A stretch of 64,000 nucleotides of DNA from Ylistrum balloti (lineage: Eukaryota): the NCBI RefSeq assembly GCF_031769215.1, contig NW_026782276.1, positions 1 to 64,000 on the forward strand. The letters are read 5' to 3'. This document shows, piece after piece, positions 1 through 12,000 of this stretch. The position numbers were made by a program, and so were the translations under genes. The notes under the pieces were generated by a model. It had not been told where the DNA came from, ran no database searches, and saw nothing but the letters and a program-made list of their open reading frames with translations. Within the stretch, counting starts at the first letter, position 1, and every line of letters begins with the position of its first letter.

Positions 1-1960
1 AAAATGATCATGAGATTGTTAAGTTACAGTTAATATATAAAAGTCTTAAATTATTCCCGATACAGTAAAGGATATGATTATTGTTTTTTTTCCCCCAATT
101 TTTTGGATTTCCATTATACAGGTGGTTATACTTTTTTTTATGGAGTTCCATTATACAATTGTAATATTTTCCTTCTAGTCGAATTGTATCTTTTTCATTC
201 CCGTAATTGCATATTCTAATAATTGGCCTACTTTTCGATTTGGTACATTATTTTCATGCCTTTGGGACAATTTGGTTTATAACACATTTATCCCAACGAC
301 AGGACTTTAAATCATTCTCCATTCATTCTATATTGAATCATATCCATGTGGAATTGTTAAATGAATAGAAAAAAGAGAATATCATATTTAGGCATGCATA
401 TTAATTTGCATTTATTTTCATAGTGTCATAGAGATTTCAGAGCGGGAAATTCAAGTTCAAACAGAGACATCGTTAGCCGGATGTAAACAATAAACGTCAT
501 GGATGTTGTAGAACGAAACAGGCAATCTAATAGGTTTATCAACTTAAATCAAGATATTTGTGATACAAGACCATATTACAAATTAATTACAAATTATATA
601 AAAACAAAGAAGCATAGTCATACAAACATAACTTACGATAATTGACAACAGAAGATACGGGTGAAAAATATTACAGTTATAGTGCAAATCATCACAGATA
701 AGAAGTTTAAAATGAAACAAATTTTAAGGATGAACACCGTCAAGACATGACACAGTGTTACTAAATATGAAAGAGTAAAACACTATTGAGAAAGTGAAAT
801 GTACCTACATGCTTATATAGCAAATTGTATAAAATGGCAGGATACACAATGCATAATGAATATGTCTACATTTTCACTTATAACTGTTGTACAGGTAATC
901 ATGTATTTGTGATTCATGTGATGACATATACTTGCCGTGATATATTGTAATATAACGGGTAAATCACCAGGTACAACTTGTAAACATTTAACCATACATT
1001 GTAAACTTGAATTTGTTTATATAAATCTGATGGCTGATCTAGTTTAAACAGATGCATTATACTGAGATCCAATGTTTGAGAAGATGTAAAATTCCGAACC
1101 ATTCCCGGTCGATTCAGTATTTAATTATTATTTTATGTGTTTTAGCTGGTTTACAATCGTCCTCTGGGGTTTTCTACCTGGAATTTGAAGAGAAGTATCA
1201 TCAATCAACTGCTCTTACCCTTTGGATGTGTACTCTTCCAGGTGTACTGCGAACTATATTAGGTACAGAACAAGTTTATCATCATTCTATTTCGAATTAA
1301 TTCATTATATTTCTACAAAACTGTTCTTTGTGGAGACAAAATTCTTGTTCAGCCTTTCAAGCACTTTATATGTAGTATGCCATATTGATATATTTTTGTT
1401 TGATTTCACGTAATCACCAAACTAAATTAAATACTTTCCTTTTGGTTATGTCACATAGGCCGTGTATGTTAATAGCTGGGATTGTCTTAATAGCATATAA
1501 GTAAAATGCGTCTGTGAATTATTTCTGTTTTCTCAGCTATGCACCGATACGACATTAAAACCCATTTTAAGACTGTGAATATATTGATATATTACATAAT
1601 TCAGTGTTGTAAGCAATGCAACTGATCTACTGAAAATATTAAAAAAAAATATTGTTATGTTGATTTTTAGGTAAAGAAAGGCTTTTCTTATCAAAGATTC
1701 TCATGTCGATCTGTTTCAATAGCTGGAGGTTTAGTTTTAGGATTGAGCCTCGCTTTGACTGCTTTCGTCGATGATCTGATATTTACCATCTAAAGGGTTT
1801 TTCATTACTCGGAGGTAAGCACACTTCTTCAAAATTAGTTAAAATTTTAAATTCTTAAAAAGTTTAGCTCTGATTGCTAAGTAAAACCAGTAAATTCTGA
1901 CCTTCGCTCATAATAACCGAAGTGTTTTTCTCAACAATACAACAGAAGAATACACAAACA
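1..1960 (+). repeat. Left arm of an inverted duplication matching ~19200-21440; may extend beyond the window start
   Basis: Positions 1-59 are the reverse complement of ~21381-21440. Homology continues through introns and exons 2-3 to the 'aacaatacaacagaagaatacacaaac' motif (~1933-1960). Confidence 0.9.
1146..1814 (+). pseudogene. Partial SLC16/MCT pseudogene (exon 2 at 1146-1262, exon 3 at 1671-1814), an inverted paralog of the minus-strand MCT gene
   Basis: AG/GT-bounded 117-bp exon encodes GLQSSSGVFYLEFEEKYHQSTALTLWMCTLPGVLRTILG. The 144-bp exon 3 carries indels and stops. Coding exon 1 is deleted near 477, and no exon 4-6 was seen downstream. Confidence 0.8.
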
Positions 1961-2637
1961 ACGGACAATTGTATTTGTTTTAAGATTAAATTCAGTAGGT
2001 ATAACTTAACATGGTGTTTTCTGCATAGTGATAATCTATCCTCTAAAGAACAATGACAGTTTAGTTTGTTTTATAAAAACTTAACAATGATTAAATAATT
2101 AGTATCACTGATAACATGTTATCGTCATTCCACTTTTCTTCGTTTATCATTAAACATAACAATAATGGATATGAATAAGTAAGATATTCTAATTGATGAT
2201 TAACAAATGAGGCCAGATATGATTACCTTGTCTGACACCTGAATGTGCAAGTATGGTAATTTCCTGACACACATAAAGGTATTATTATAAAGTATTCATA
2301 CCATTTTGCTAATTATCTAAAGACAATTACATAGACAAAGTTACACTTATGTCAGACATTCTGTATTAATTAAAATTACTGCAAATCTCCCATCAAGTTA
2401 ACTAATAATCATGTCAGACGTGTGCATAGGTCGTGGTTAAAAAAAACAAGTTGAAAGCTTAATGTCAAGGAGTTCGAGCTCAAGTAAGATATGTAAATTT
2501 ACCCCAGTATAACTGGCTACGAGCTGCCGACTGCTGAGATCGTTAGCATAACAGAAGAAAGCATAGTACGTGGAAAGTGCTACAAGCGGTACCTCAAGCA
2601 AAGGCCATTACAGTCTGAACTGTATGAACCTTCTGGT

Positions 2638-3646
2638 ATGAGCACTCCAGATGACCTGGCGAATGATGCAGATGATGCTTACACTGATTTCATGTCATCC
2701 AACCAACTACCACTAATCTCTGTTGAGAAACTATTTTATGGTAGCAATTCACATAAAAGATGCATCATATGTGGAAAGAGGGCCCGGGGTGGACGCACTA
2801 TACCCCAGCATGCCATGACAAACAGTATATGTCTACGTATTTCATAGTGCTTCAGCTTGGAGTTAGACCATTGTGCCCCATTTCCTTGGTCCAAGACACA
2901 TTATCCGCGAGAACGTTAAGTGCCACAACACTGCCTTACAGATGTTTCTACGGGTACAAAGTAACTGTAATCCTTGATGGTACCGTATTTATGTCCAAAA
3001 AGTGCCCATCACCCCCTTCAAAGATCATCATACTGTTGGCAAAAGAAGCGCAACTATGCTAATTTCATGAGCATTGCCTTTACAAATAGTCATGTACTAG
3101 ACACTATTGGGCCTTTTTATGGCAATGAAAATGATGCAGATGTCTTGACAACATTCTTGGAACAGTTGAGAATCTGACCTTGTGGCTCAGTGAAGATGAC
3201 AATGTGATTGTAGATCGGGGGTTTAGGGATGTGTTGGAGCTGCGGCGCAACAAGGCCAACTGGGTGAAACTTGATGCCTGTTTCCAGTACTGGATATGGA
3301 ATATTTAGAAACAGTAACCTTCGGATCATATCGGTTGAAAGTAGCACCCAGGTATATTGCTGAGCATCTGACTCCTGCTGGAGACTTTGAAGTTTTGATC
3401 TATCAGCATGATGAATTCCATTCAAGGCATACATCACAGTCAAAATACAATGTTTGGAATGCGTTTGACAGAAATGATCAAGATTACCATGTCAAAGATT
3501 ACTACTGTGTCTGTCCAGAGGGCAAGCGAGCCATTGGAATGTGTGCACATGTTGCGAGAATTTTGTATTTCTTGGGCCATGTTCAGCATCAAGATCAAAC
3601 TAACCCAGTCCATGCAACATTCAAGTTCAAACAAACAATCACTTGA
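2638..3646 (+). mobile_element. Degenerate, internally deleted ISL2EU/PIF-Harbinger-related DDE transposase with a C-terminal SWIM zinc finger
   Basis: Motifs across frames: VILDGT, VLDTIGPFYGNENDA, VIVDRGFRDV, SRHTSQSKY and YCVCPEGKRAIGMCAHVARILYFL (SWIM). TIRs were not found. Confidence 0.7.
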
Positions 3647-3774
3647 GCAGTTATGCTATACTGAAACGCAATGTAATGTGCTGCAAGCCGCAACTGTTTT
3701 ATATCTTATTAGCTTCTCAAAATGCCAAAAAGTTATGGATCGGAACTGACATAGGCGAAACCCGTTACTATTAC

Positions 3775-4000
3775 TCTACATAATCGGTCTTCATCAAAAG
3801 ATTTGTATGAATCTGTTAACTATGTCTTCAAATTGTGAAACAATGGTGCTGGATTCATTATCGACATTTTTTTTATTTCCATGTAAAAAGTTGTATAATT
3901 CAGTATGTATGTCTCCAGGAATCTGTCAAACCAAATTCTTTTCTTTTAACTGGATTTTGTGGCTTTCTATCGCTGAATTGAATTCCAGTCTCCGCCAATA
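3775..4000 (-). mobile_element. Degenerate L1/Tx1-type LINE AP-endonuclease fragment
   Basis: Minus-strand frames give NIIGGDWNS, KEFGLTDSWRH, FTW and a KTD tail, in the order of the APE motifs GDFN..LxDxWR..FTW..SDH. Several stops are present. Confidence 0.5.
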
Positions 4001-4699
4001 ATATTTTTGTTCATATATAAGCCCAGCATACTCAATACATGATCCTGACCTGGGTTGTCCATGTGCGCATGTTTATATCGCGCCTGAGTGGGAGAGAGCA
4101 CTGTATGCAGTTCAATCACCTTTTACTATGCATTTTAAGATTATTCGTAGGCGCACGCGCAGCAACATCCCACACAAACCACTTTATCCCTTAACATTTT
4201 GTACTAGGCAAAGGTCGGGCGGACCTCTCTTAAGAAACCTGGTAAGATAGATGTGGCAGAGAGTGTGTTTGTGTGTTACTTTCTCTTTGTTGTTTCACTG
4301 TCCTTTATCAGACCTAAACGAGTACAACCCTTCAAAAGGTACAAAGGATACAGACACAAGTTGAAAATACATACACATTCAATATCCGCATATATCTAAT
4401 AAAATGCGATTACTTTTTATTTTATCCAACTCCATTTACTTTTACACTAACAGATACATTACTGACTGTGTTTGTACTGACAGTCTATGAGCCATTGTTA
4501 CACCAATGCCGCTAAGACTAGCCCGATTTTTCACTGTCCAACTGACTACAAGACTTAGTAACGACCTCTAGGAGCATGATTTACAGTGTTTCCCTGTTGT
4601 GTTCTATTCCGCAAATGGCAAACCCAAGTATTTTAATTCTGATCAGCATCGATTTATGTGGTATACCGAATCTGATGTGATTGCGGATTTAAAATGATA

Positions 4700-5110
4700 A
4701 GATATTTTACGAATATTTTTGTTTAAAACGCTACTCTTCATTTGATAACACCTGGTCATATTGTTATCAAATTGAGCCTGAAACATATTAGAGGCGGGCA
4801 ATCATTTCTTTGATTCAAAAAGTTGTTTAATACCCTTAGGGCATGGGTACGGTGCCCCGAGTGGGGAATTCGACTGACAGTTTGAATAAAACGCTACTCT
4901 TTTCTAATACCTGAGCGGATTTCAAACACATTCAATCGGAATAATAATTTCGTCGATTCAGAAAGTTTAGACTCAAATTTTGGTTTAAAACGGCATTCTT
5001 CTCTACCGTCTGATCATATTTTTGTCGCAACTGAAACATCATTAAGGGTTGGGCATCATTTTTTAATTACAGCAATTGGATTGTAGACTAGATAACGAGG
5101 TCCCGAATTG
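4700..5110. repeat. Degenerate tandem units related to the Helentron-like element at ~45920-47000
   Basis: Recurrent 'aaaacgctactc' anchors with an 'atcatttcttt-gattcaaaaag-ccctaggg' context, shared with 45970-46500. Confidence 0.5.
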
Positions 5111-6760
5111 AGAGGAATTTTGCTGCAATCATCATTTATATGTTTGATCACTATGTATATTCTGAATAATTAACCGTGAAAATTTTAATAGTTAATATTA
5201 AAAGCAAGCTGTTGTTTGTCTCATTTGTTGAATATGAAGCAATGTATCTCGATTAGATTAATAACTGTATAGATAACACACAATCAAACAAAATATCAAT
5301 AATGCCGAATGATTTCGAAATAATCTGTTTTCGACATCGAGTCAGCAAATAGAATAGATTTGCTTTTCAGATAAAAAATCGTTCGCTCATAAAAAACAGA
5401 TAAATTTCCATTGAACGAGATCCCTTCCCACTATGAGCTATACTCGGTGGTAACACTTGAAGCTATGATACATACATCGGTAAAATATTTTAATATTCCT
5501 TATAGACACTACGAGAGAGAAGTATTATCGATGGGATTTAGTATATTATCTTTCTATTTGACAACGGCTACAAACGAACTTCCCCCCCTCCATACATAAC
5601 AAAACGTCACAGCACACAGCACATACAACACTAACAACATGTGTCGAACAAGACTAATGCTATGCTAGCGAAATGCTTTAATTATTCACAATAAAATACT
5701 TGGTCATGGTAATTTTGATGACTGCATTGAAATTTAACTCTACCACCTCTGACTTATAATTTTACGCACAAATTATTATTTAGAACGTAGCGTGCAATTT
5801 TCTGCAAACATCCTTCTAAGACAGGACACGTCAGTGAAGCTACTTCGTACAACTGTTTCATCATTAAATGACTTGTCAATGATTCCATAAATATTCAATA
5901 TCGAAGAATTCTACAAATTCTTCAAGCAAATTTGTTTTTATGTCTCTGAGCCATGCCACATCGGATAGATATATTGACATATGTGACACTTTAAAATTTA
6001 TCATAGTTCTTTCTCAAATCATTTCATCTTAGTGTTTTTCGGTGTTTACTGCAACACGAGAAGAAGAGTTCATGTAAAATCGTGTTAGCAATTTACGGAA
6101 CATTCGATCGTTCGTGTTAAAGTTGAATTAACTTATTTTACATGATAATGGTTCCTTTATCGACTGGTTCTGCCAGATTTAATTTTACGTTTGTATTGGA
6201 AGGTGCTTTGGAGCATGGAGACCATTCACCACTGTAAGGTTTTACGGAGTACAATTTATTATCGGTATATTGATTCCAATGTGTAACCATGGACGCGGCA
6301 ACCTTATCATTATCTTTTTAATAACCAAAATATCAATGTAGAAGTGTTTAATATTGCAAGCTTCTACATGTGTGTTCAGACATCCACATACAGTACATAG
6401 TTTGTCTACTCAAAAGTAAAACAATTCTGAATTGAAATTGTAAAAAGTAATTTTGTATATATGTAGCACTTTAATTATAACCTACAGAGGTAAGTATCAA
6501 TAGAACATATCACATAAATAGCTAAAAAGATCTGATGTTGAACACACGATGGAAGATTCCCAGCGACAGCGTTGAACTTGTGACGCCACAGATGTGGGCT
6601 ACCATAACGAGGCGATCGCCATTGAGTCAACAGAACTAACTATGACGTTTACACGTTCTTGGACTTTAATTGTATGATATGAAGTATTTTATAGCTCAAT
6701 GTAGCTAAGCGTTCAGGATACATGTTAAATACAATCTCTGTCACTCAGATGACAGAGCAT

Positions 6761-6833
6761 GCGTCTTTGGCTCAGTTGGTAGATCCTATTGATTATCACA
6801 CTTGAAACCCGGGTTCAACTCCAGGTCGGGGCG
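6761..6833 (+). mobile_element. tRNA-derived SINE head or pseudo-tRNA
   Basis: A-box TGGCTCAGTTGGTAGA and B-box GGTTCAACTCC are present, but acceptor-stem pairing is poor. Confidence 0.55.
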
Positions 6834-7259
6834 TTTGACAGGAATATGTTTCCTCTGTTCTGTCACGATTATACCAATAGCACATACGACGTTAAGAGTA
6901 GAAAACTGTGTTTTGTTAGCTTGTCGTTGATCTTTAAGATATTTAACATTATAATAGTTCCTACATGGTACAATAACGTTCGCCACTTCAGTAATAATAT
7001 AACATATCCAGGGATAAAGTAGGCGGTCGTGATAAGTATATTTTGCATAGTCGTTCTGATCGACGAGTCGGGTGCGTTGTCAACTGAACTGAGGTAAGCT
7101 ATTATCACATTTGGTAATATGGTATTTAAGCATCAGTTGCTGGCTCTGTATTGAAGCTTATTCATTAGCGTCAAATGTGTATTTTTTCTGGTACTATGTA
7201 TGTGCAACTGTGTTGTGAACTAAACTGAACATGTCTTATTTCAATTTCGAGATATATCA

Positions 7260-8330
7260 TCATCGTTACAAAACCTCCAATGCTAAAAAGGTTTTAGGAT
7301 GTCATTGAGATACTACGACACTCTCCACATATATCTTTTTGTTTTCCAACATACTCTATATTTTCTATATGCTGTTTATATTAATAAATTTGTGCTTGAA
7401 ATGTAAATTCTTCACGTTTCGTTATAATATAACAGAATTCGAGGAATATTTTTTGTACACTGGATCATATTCAAGCTGACGGGCTTTGTTCCAGAGTAAC
7501 TAAAATCTATTTTGATAATCAATGAGTGATGATACATTTCCTGCATAGAAAGATTCACCGCAGATGTGATATTTTCACCGGAGACGGAACTGTGCTCCAA
7601 CAATAAAATTGTGTTATCTGATTAATTGGATCAAGGTACTTCATACATGAGTTACAAACTAATGTATAACGGTATCCTAACATATTGATCGAGAAAGGTT
7701 GATCACTTTAACCAAAATAGCACATCACGTTCCTCTCGATGGTTTGTGATTTGTGTTGTAAAATCATTTAGGCTTTCGATGTTGTTTAGCTCGACAAATA
7801 ACACTCGGCACTGAAATGTTGACCAGTTCGTCATGCAATATTTGATATTCGTAATTCGAATGTTCCCTAGCTTGATATGCGACATACCAACATGTCAACA
7901 TAACCATGGTCTGAACTTGAATTCCATGAACCTTTTACAAAACATGAACAAAAGAAAGATTTACATGAAGACTCTTGAAAAATTACAAGGAGAATAAGAC
8001 CAGGTGTTCCGAAAGAGTAAGTGCCTTCTACTTTATCGAAAGCCATTCTTTCTGGTAGAAATATAGAAGTCATAAGAGTCCAACATTATCGCTAAGGAAA
8101 AACTCCTGAATACTTTCAGCGACAAAAAGGAATCGTATTTAAGATCTTGCCCAAACTCTCTACCTCCATCTTTCTGTGACACACTGTTCATACCGCATTG
8201 AATTATCTTCCTCCAAAGATATTTCTGGCCAAATTTAGTCAAAAGTCGTTGTGTCGTTCATCACTTGTATTTCCGGAATTAGAACTTTCACAAACAAAAT
8301 GATACCAAAGTCACATCATTGCAATGCTTT
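7260..8330 (+). pseudogene. Possible highly degenerate Mab-21/cGAS-like receptor (cGLR) C-terminal relic
   Basis: Interrupted plus-strand frames: FVPE*LKSILI...IFSPETELCSNKI has spacing like the Mab-21 WxPxNL...FFIPENNMFxxKI motif, followed by LLLYRKPFFLVEI*KS*ESNIIAKEKL and SSLVFPELEL. Many stops; recognised by eye only. Confidence 0.33.
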
Positions 8331-9039
8331 TAAATAATGCTGAGCAATTTGTGTTATCTCCCTTTACATAGCATATACAGTCAATCAATTTATTTATTTT
8401 TACAAGTCTATTTCAAAATAATTCTTGATAGTTGAGTCAATGCTGTAAGTAAACATGTATTCTGAAACACATGAAAAATGTCAAGAAGCTTTATTTGAAG
8501 TCGCATATGGTAAGCAATAAATATCAGCATTGTAGTACTATAATTGTGACAAACATAAGTATAAAACATTGCATTATATACATAACAATGGTGTTCATTA
8601 CTTAATATTAAAGTTCCATACGATCACTGACAAGAACATATTGCAGCTCCAATTAACAAACATCCAACGACCGGACATCACTTCATATACATATAATTAA
8701 TTTTCCGTTGTTTGCAAGCAAAAAGCACTAGCAGTAAACAAATAAAATATAAACATGCGGGGCAATTACAATTTAGTGCAGTATTAAACTTCAACCGTGT
8801 AACAAGTTTTATTTGCAAACATATGAAGGATTGATTTTCCCTGATTGTTAAATCAGTTTACACTCCAAACAACGATGCAATCTTGAAAAGAAAAATAACA
8901 TCGTGAGAAAGCAATGTGCTTTAATTAGCGAAATTCAAATGAAATTATTGTATTTGTCGAATTAGTTCATAGGCCTGAAGCCTTCTGATCTGCATGATGT
9001 ATCACCTCGGTTTGGGAACGTATCGCCTTCTGATATTTT

Positions 9040-12000
9040 TTAAATGTCGCTCACAAATTTAGGCCGGCTCTTAGTTTTGTTCCAATGCGCTATATTTGCC
9101 GTTGCAAAGATGATAGCTCCGCCGGTCGTACAAAGTCCTCCGAAATAAAACCCGCCACTGACAGTATGACTGATATCTGTGATGTAACCTGTAGTTAAAT
9201 TTGGAATAAACGTATAAGGGCTGACATTTAGGAAATGATAGCGCGTGAGAGCGTGACATAAACAAATATATTGAAAGTGAATAAATGACACAGACACAGT
9301 AAAAGCTGGGTAAGATATCTAAAACATTACATGCTGTATTTTCTTAACTTTTGTAATTAACAGCGTATCAAACCTATCTTATTGGATCAAAAAATAATAA
9401 GATAACTATACAAGACTTGTTTAATATACCTGCAATTATGGGACCAACACATGATCCAACTCCTTGGAAAAACAGCAATATCCCTAAAGCATTGACCATA
9501 TTCTCCGAGCCAATGATATCGACAAGAATGACATGTTTTTGTGAAAGAACGCTTCCCATCAAAACTCCGTGTGTTGAACATAGTACAAACATTTCAGTCA
9601 ATGTTGAAATAGTAACAGGAAGAATACATAATATCATTCCAACAGACAGAAGTATTACATTATACACAAAGATTTTATATTGTGCCAGAAATCGCATATC
9701 GAAAAACGCCCCTGAAAATATACGACCTATTCCGATAGAAAGAGTTGTTGCAGAAACAACATAGATAGAGTTCCGATCCGTAATGCCCATCTCTCTTCCA
9801 AACAACGGAATAAATGCAAATATCGACTGAGTTGAAACAGAGAAAAGGGCAATCGCAATGCAATACGACAAAAATCTATAATCCGCCATTAACGTTTTAA
9901 TGTTTGAATGACTACAGCATCTCCTGCAAGAATATGTTTTGTTACAGCATTCTTTATCGACCTGGCCACTTTCGATTGAGCGTTTTGGATTTGCTGTTTG
10001 CTGACTCTTTCTAAAATAAAAGAAAATACAAATATAGACAAAATATCTAATGCTTAATAGACTACAGCTAAGAGTAATTAAGCATAGAGAACATATACTG
10101 GAAATTATCATAAAGTAAAAGTTTTGGTACTCGAAGGCCTTTTATTCTATTGTTATCATCATAATAGGGTTGTACACGCCTAAGGCGTATTACAGCTTAT
10201 AACACAATAAGACACTTTTTCATTATACAAAGTCATATAACAATGAGGTGTACAAATACGCACTGGAGATAATGCTTTATCCAAAGTTTCATTAGTCTCA
10301 TTAATCTGCTCATAAAGTACGTTATTGCAGTATCATTCTTATGGTGATAGACTGTTCACAATGGCCGTTTACAGTCCCGTACACAGACTGACATATCAGG
10401 TGCTATTCTAGAGGATAGTAAATTAGATTTTGGAAACCATTATACGTGCAATACTAAAATACTTTCATACTTAGGGCGTCGGTGTTGAGGTACCTTTTGC
10501 TGTTGATGTCGATAAGAAGAGGTCTGAAAAGGGATCCACATACAATGATATGTAACACTACTCCTGATTGTATTAGAAAGGCTCCGAGGAATCCGTAATA
10601 CTCGAACAGAAAATTGATTGCAGCAGGAACAATGAAGGCCCAAACTGCCCACCCCGCTAGAGCATTGGCCAATCCACGTCTTTTGCTAAAGTACTGATTG
10701 ACAATAATAACGGCCGAAGAATGGACGAGGCACATACCCACACCTGTAAAAGAAAAACACATTGAATTATTTATTTTAACAAAACAAATACACTGTAAAT
10801 GCATCGCTGTGCATCATCTGTGGCACTCTCTAGAGTTTCAGAATCAATATCGAACATATCATTTTATGTAGCTACGTCTAGAAACATGATGTGTACCGTC
10901 AAAGTTATTTCATGTATAAGAAACTGACTCAACAAATGTAAAACATTACCTGTAGAGATCTGAGTTAAATACAGTGATTCATTTTAAGACAAATCAATAT
11001 ATTAGCAATTTCACTATAAACTGTCATTGTAGATACTAGAAATTCTACTGTTAACAAGAAAATAACGCTCAGTTAACACAATCTTAATGTAGACTTGGAA
11101 CTTAATGACGCCTACGAAATGTAAATATTGATCAATCCAAGTAAGCAATTTTATATTTTAAAAGGAGGACCAAAAGACATCAAATACGTCTAGTTTTATA
11201 TTGTTAACGTGGAACGAGCGTCGGTCAGCGATCCGGGAAATGAACACCGAAAAGATTGATTGCAATGACAAATGTTTATTTACAATGATGACAATAAAGA
11301 GATTTAATAAAAAAAACCCTATAATACCCACACGTCACACTCACTAATTCACTCATTCACAAACACAATTATTACAAGTTACAGTCTGTAGCTACACACA
11401 CAACGACGAATGGGATCCTGGTACAGTTCCGGTGCAAGACAGTCGCTAACCTGCAACCATCCCAATAGTAGATATACTGTGACTCAGCCTCCAAGCAAGT
11501 CGCTGACCCTGGCCTACGTAACGACCCAACACATGTATTCCATGCTGACCTTGACCCTGGCGAAGAGAACTTATCCGGTCGGTCCTGACGCTGGAGTCAC
11601 AATGAGTTGGCACAGCTGACTGGTCCTGGCTTGATAGCTGAGACTCCTAGTCCGTCATGTGAAGCTACAATAATACATAGTGGAAAATAATGCTGTAGTC
11701 ACACAGATTCACTCTCACCTGGCATACTAATTAACTAATAATTAATTATCAATAATATAAATATTCATTAATATATTGTAAATATACGTAAATCAATATA
11801 ATAAAGATAAAGGGATAAGTGTGCGGCTCCAAATGGCTATAAAAACACGACTAAGCACAATTCATAGAAGGTGGCGTCTCACGGCTTCCATAATTTTTTA
11901 CCCAGTGCGCGTACACACTCCAACTAACGCTATAGCTCTAGCTCAGAGCTTCCATAGAATTTTAAAACGGACAAGAACCCTATATTTATTGAATAATTCT

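Noticed and set aside
6761-6833. Functional tRNA gene
   Set aside because: The acceptor and anticodon stems do not pair convincingly. The same applies to the B-box elements at 35.5, 39, 43.6, 45 and 47.3 kb.
7703-8242. TIR-domain reading on the minus strand (YDSFLS, YDFYIS, LFW)
   Set aside because: Only scattered short motifs with no box-2 RDxxPG. The plus-strand Mab-21-like reading fits the spacing better.
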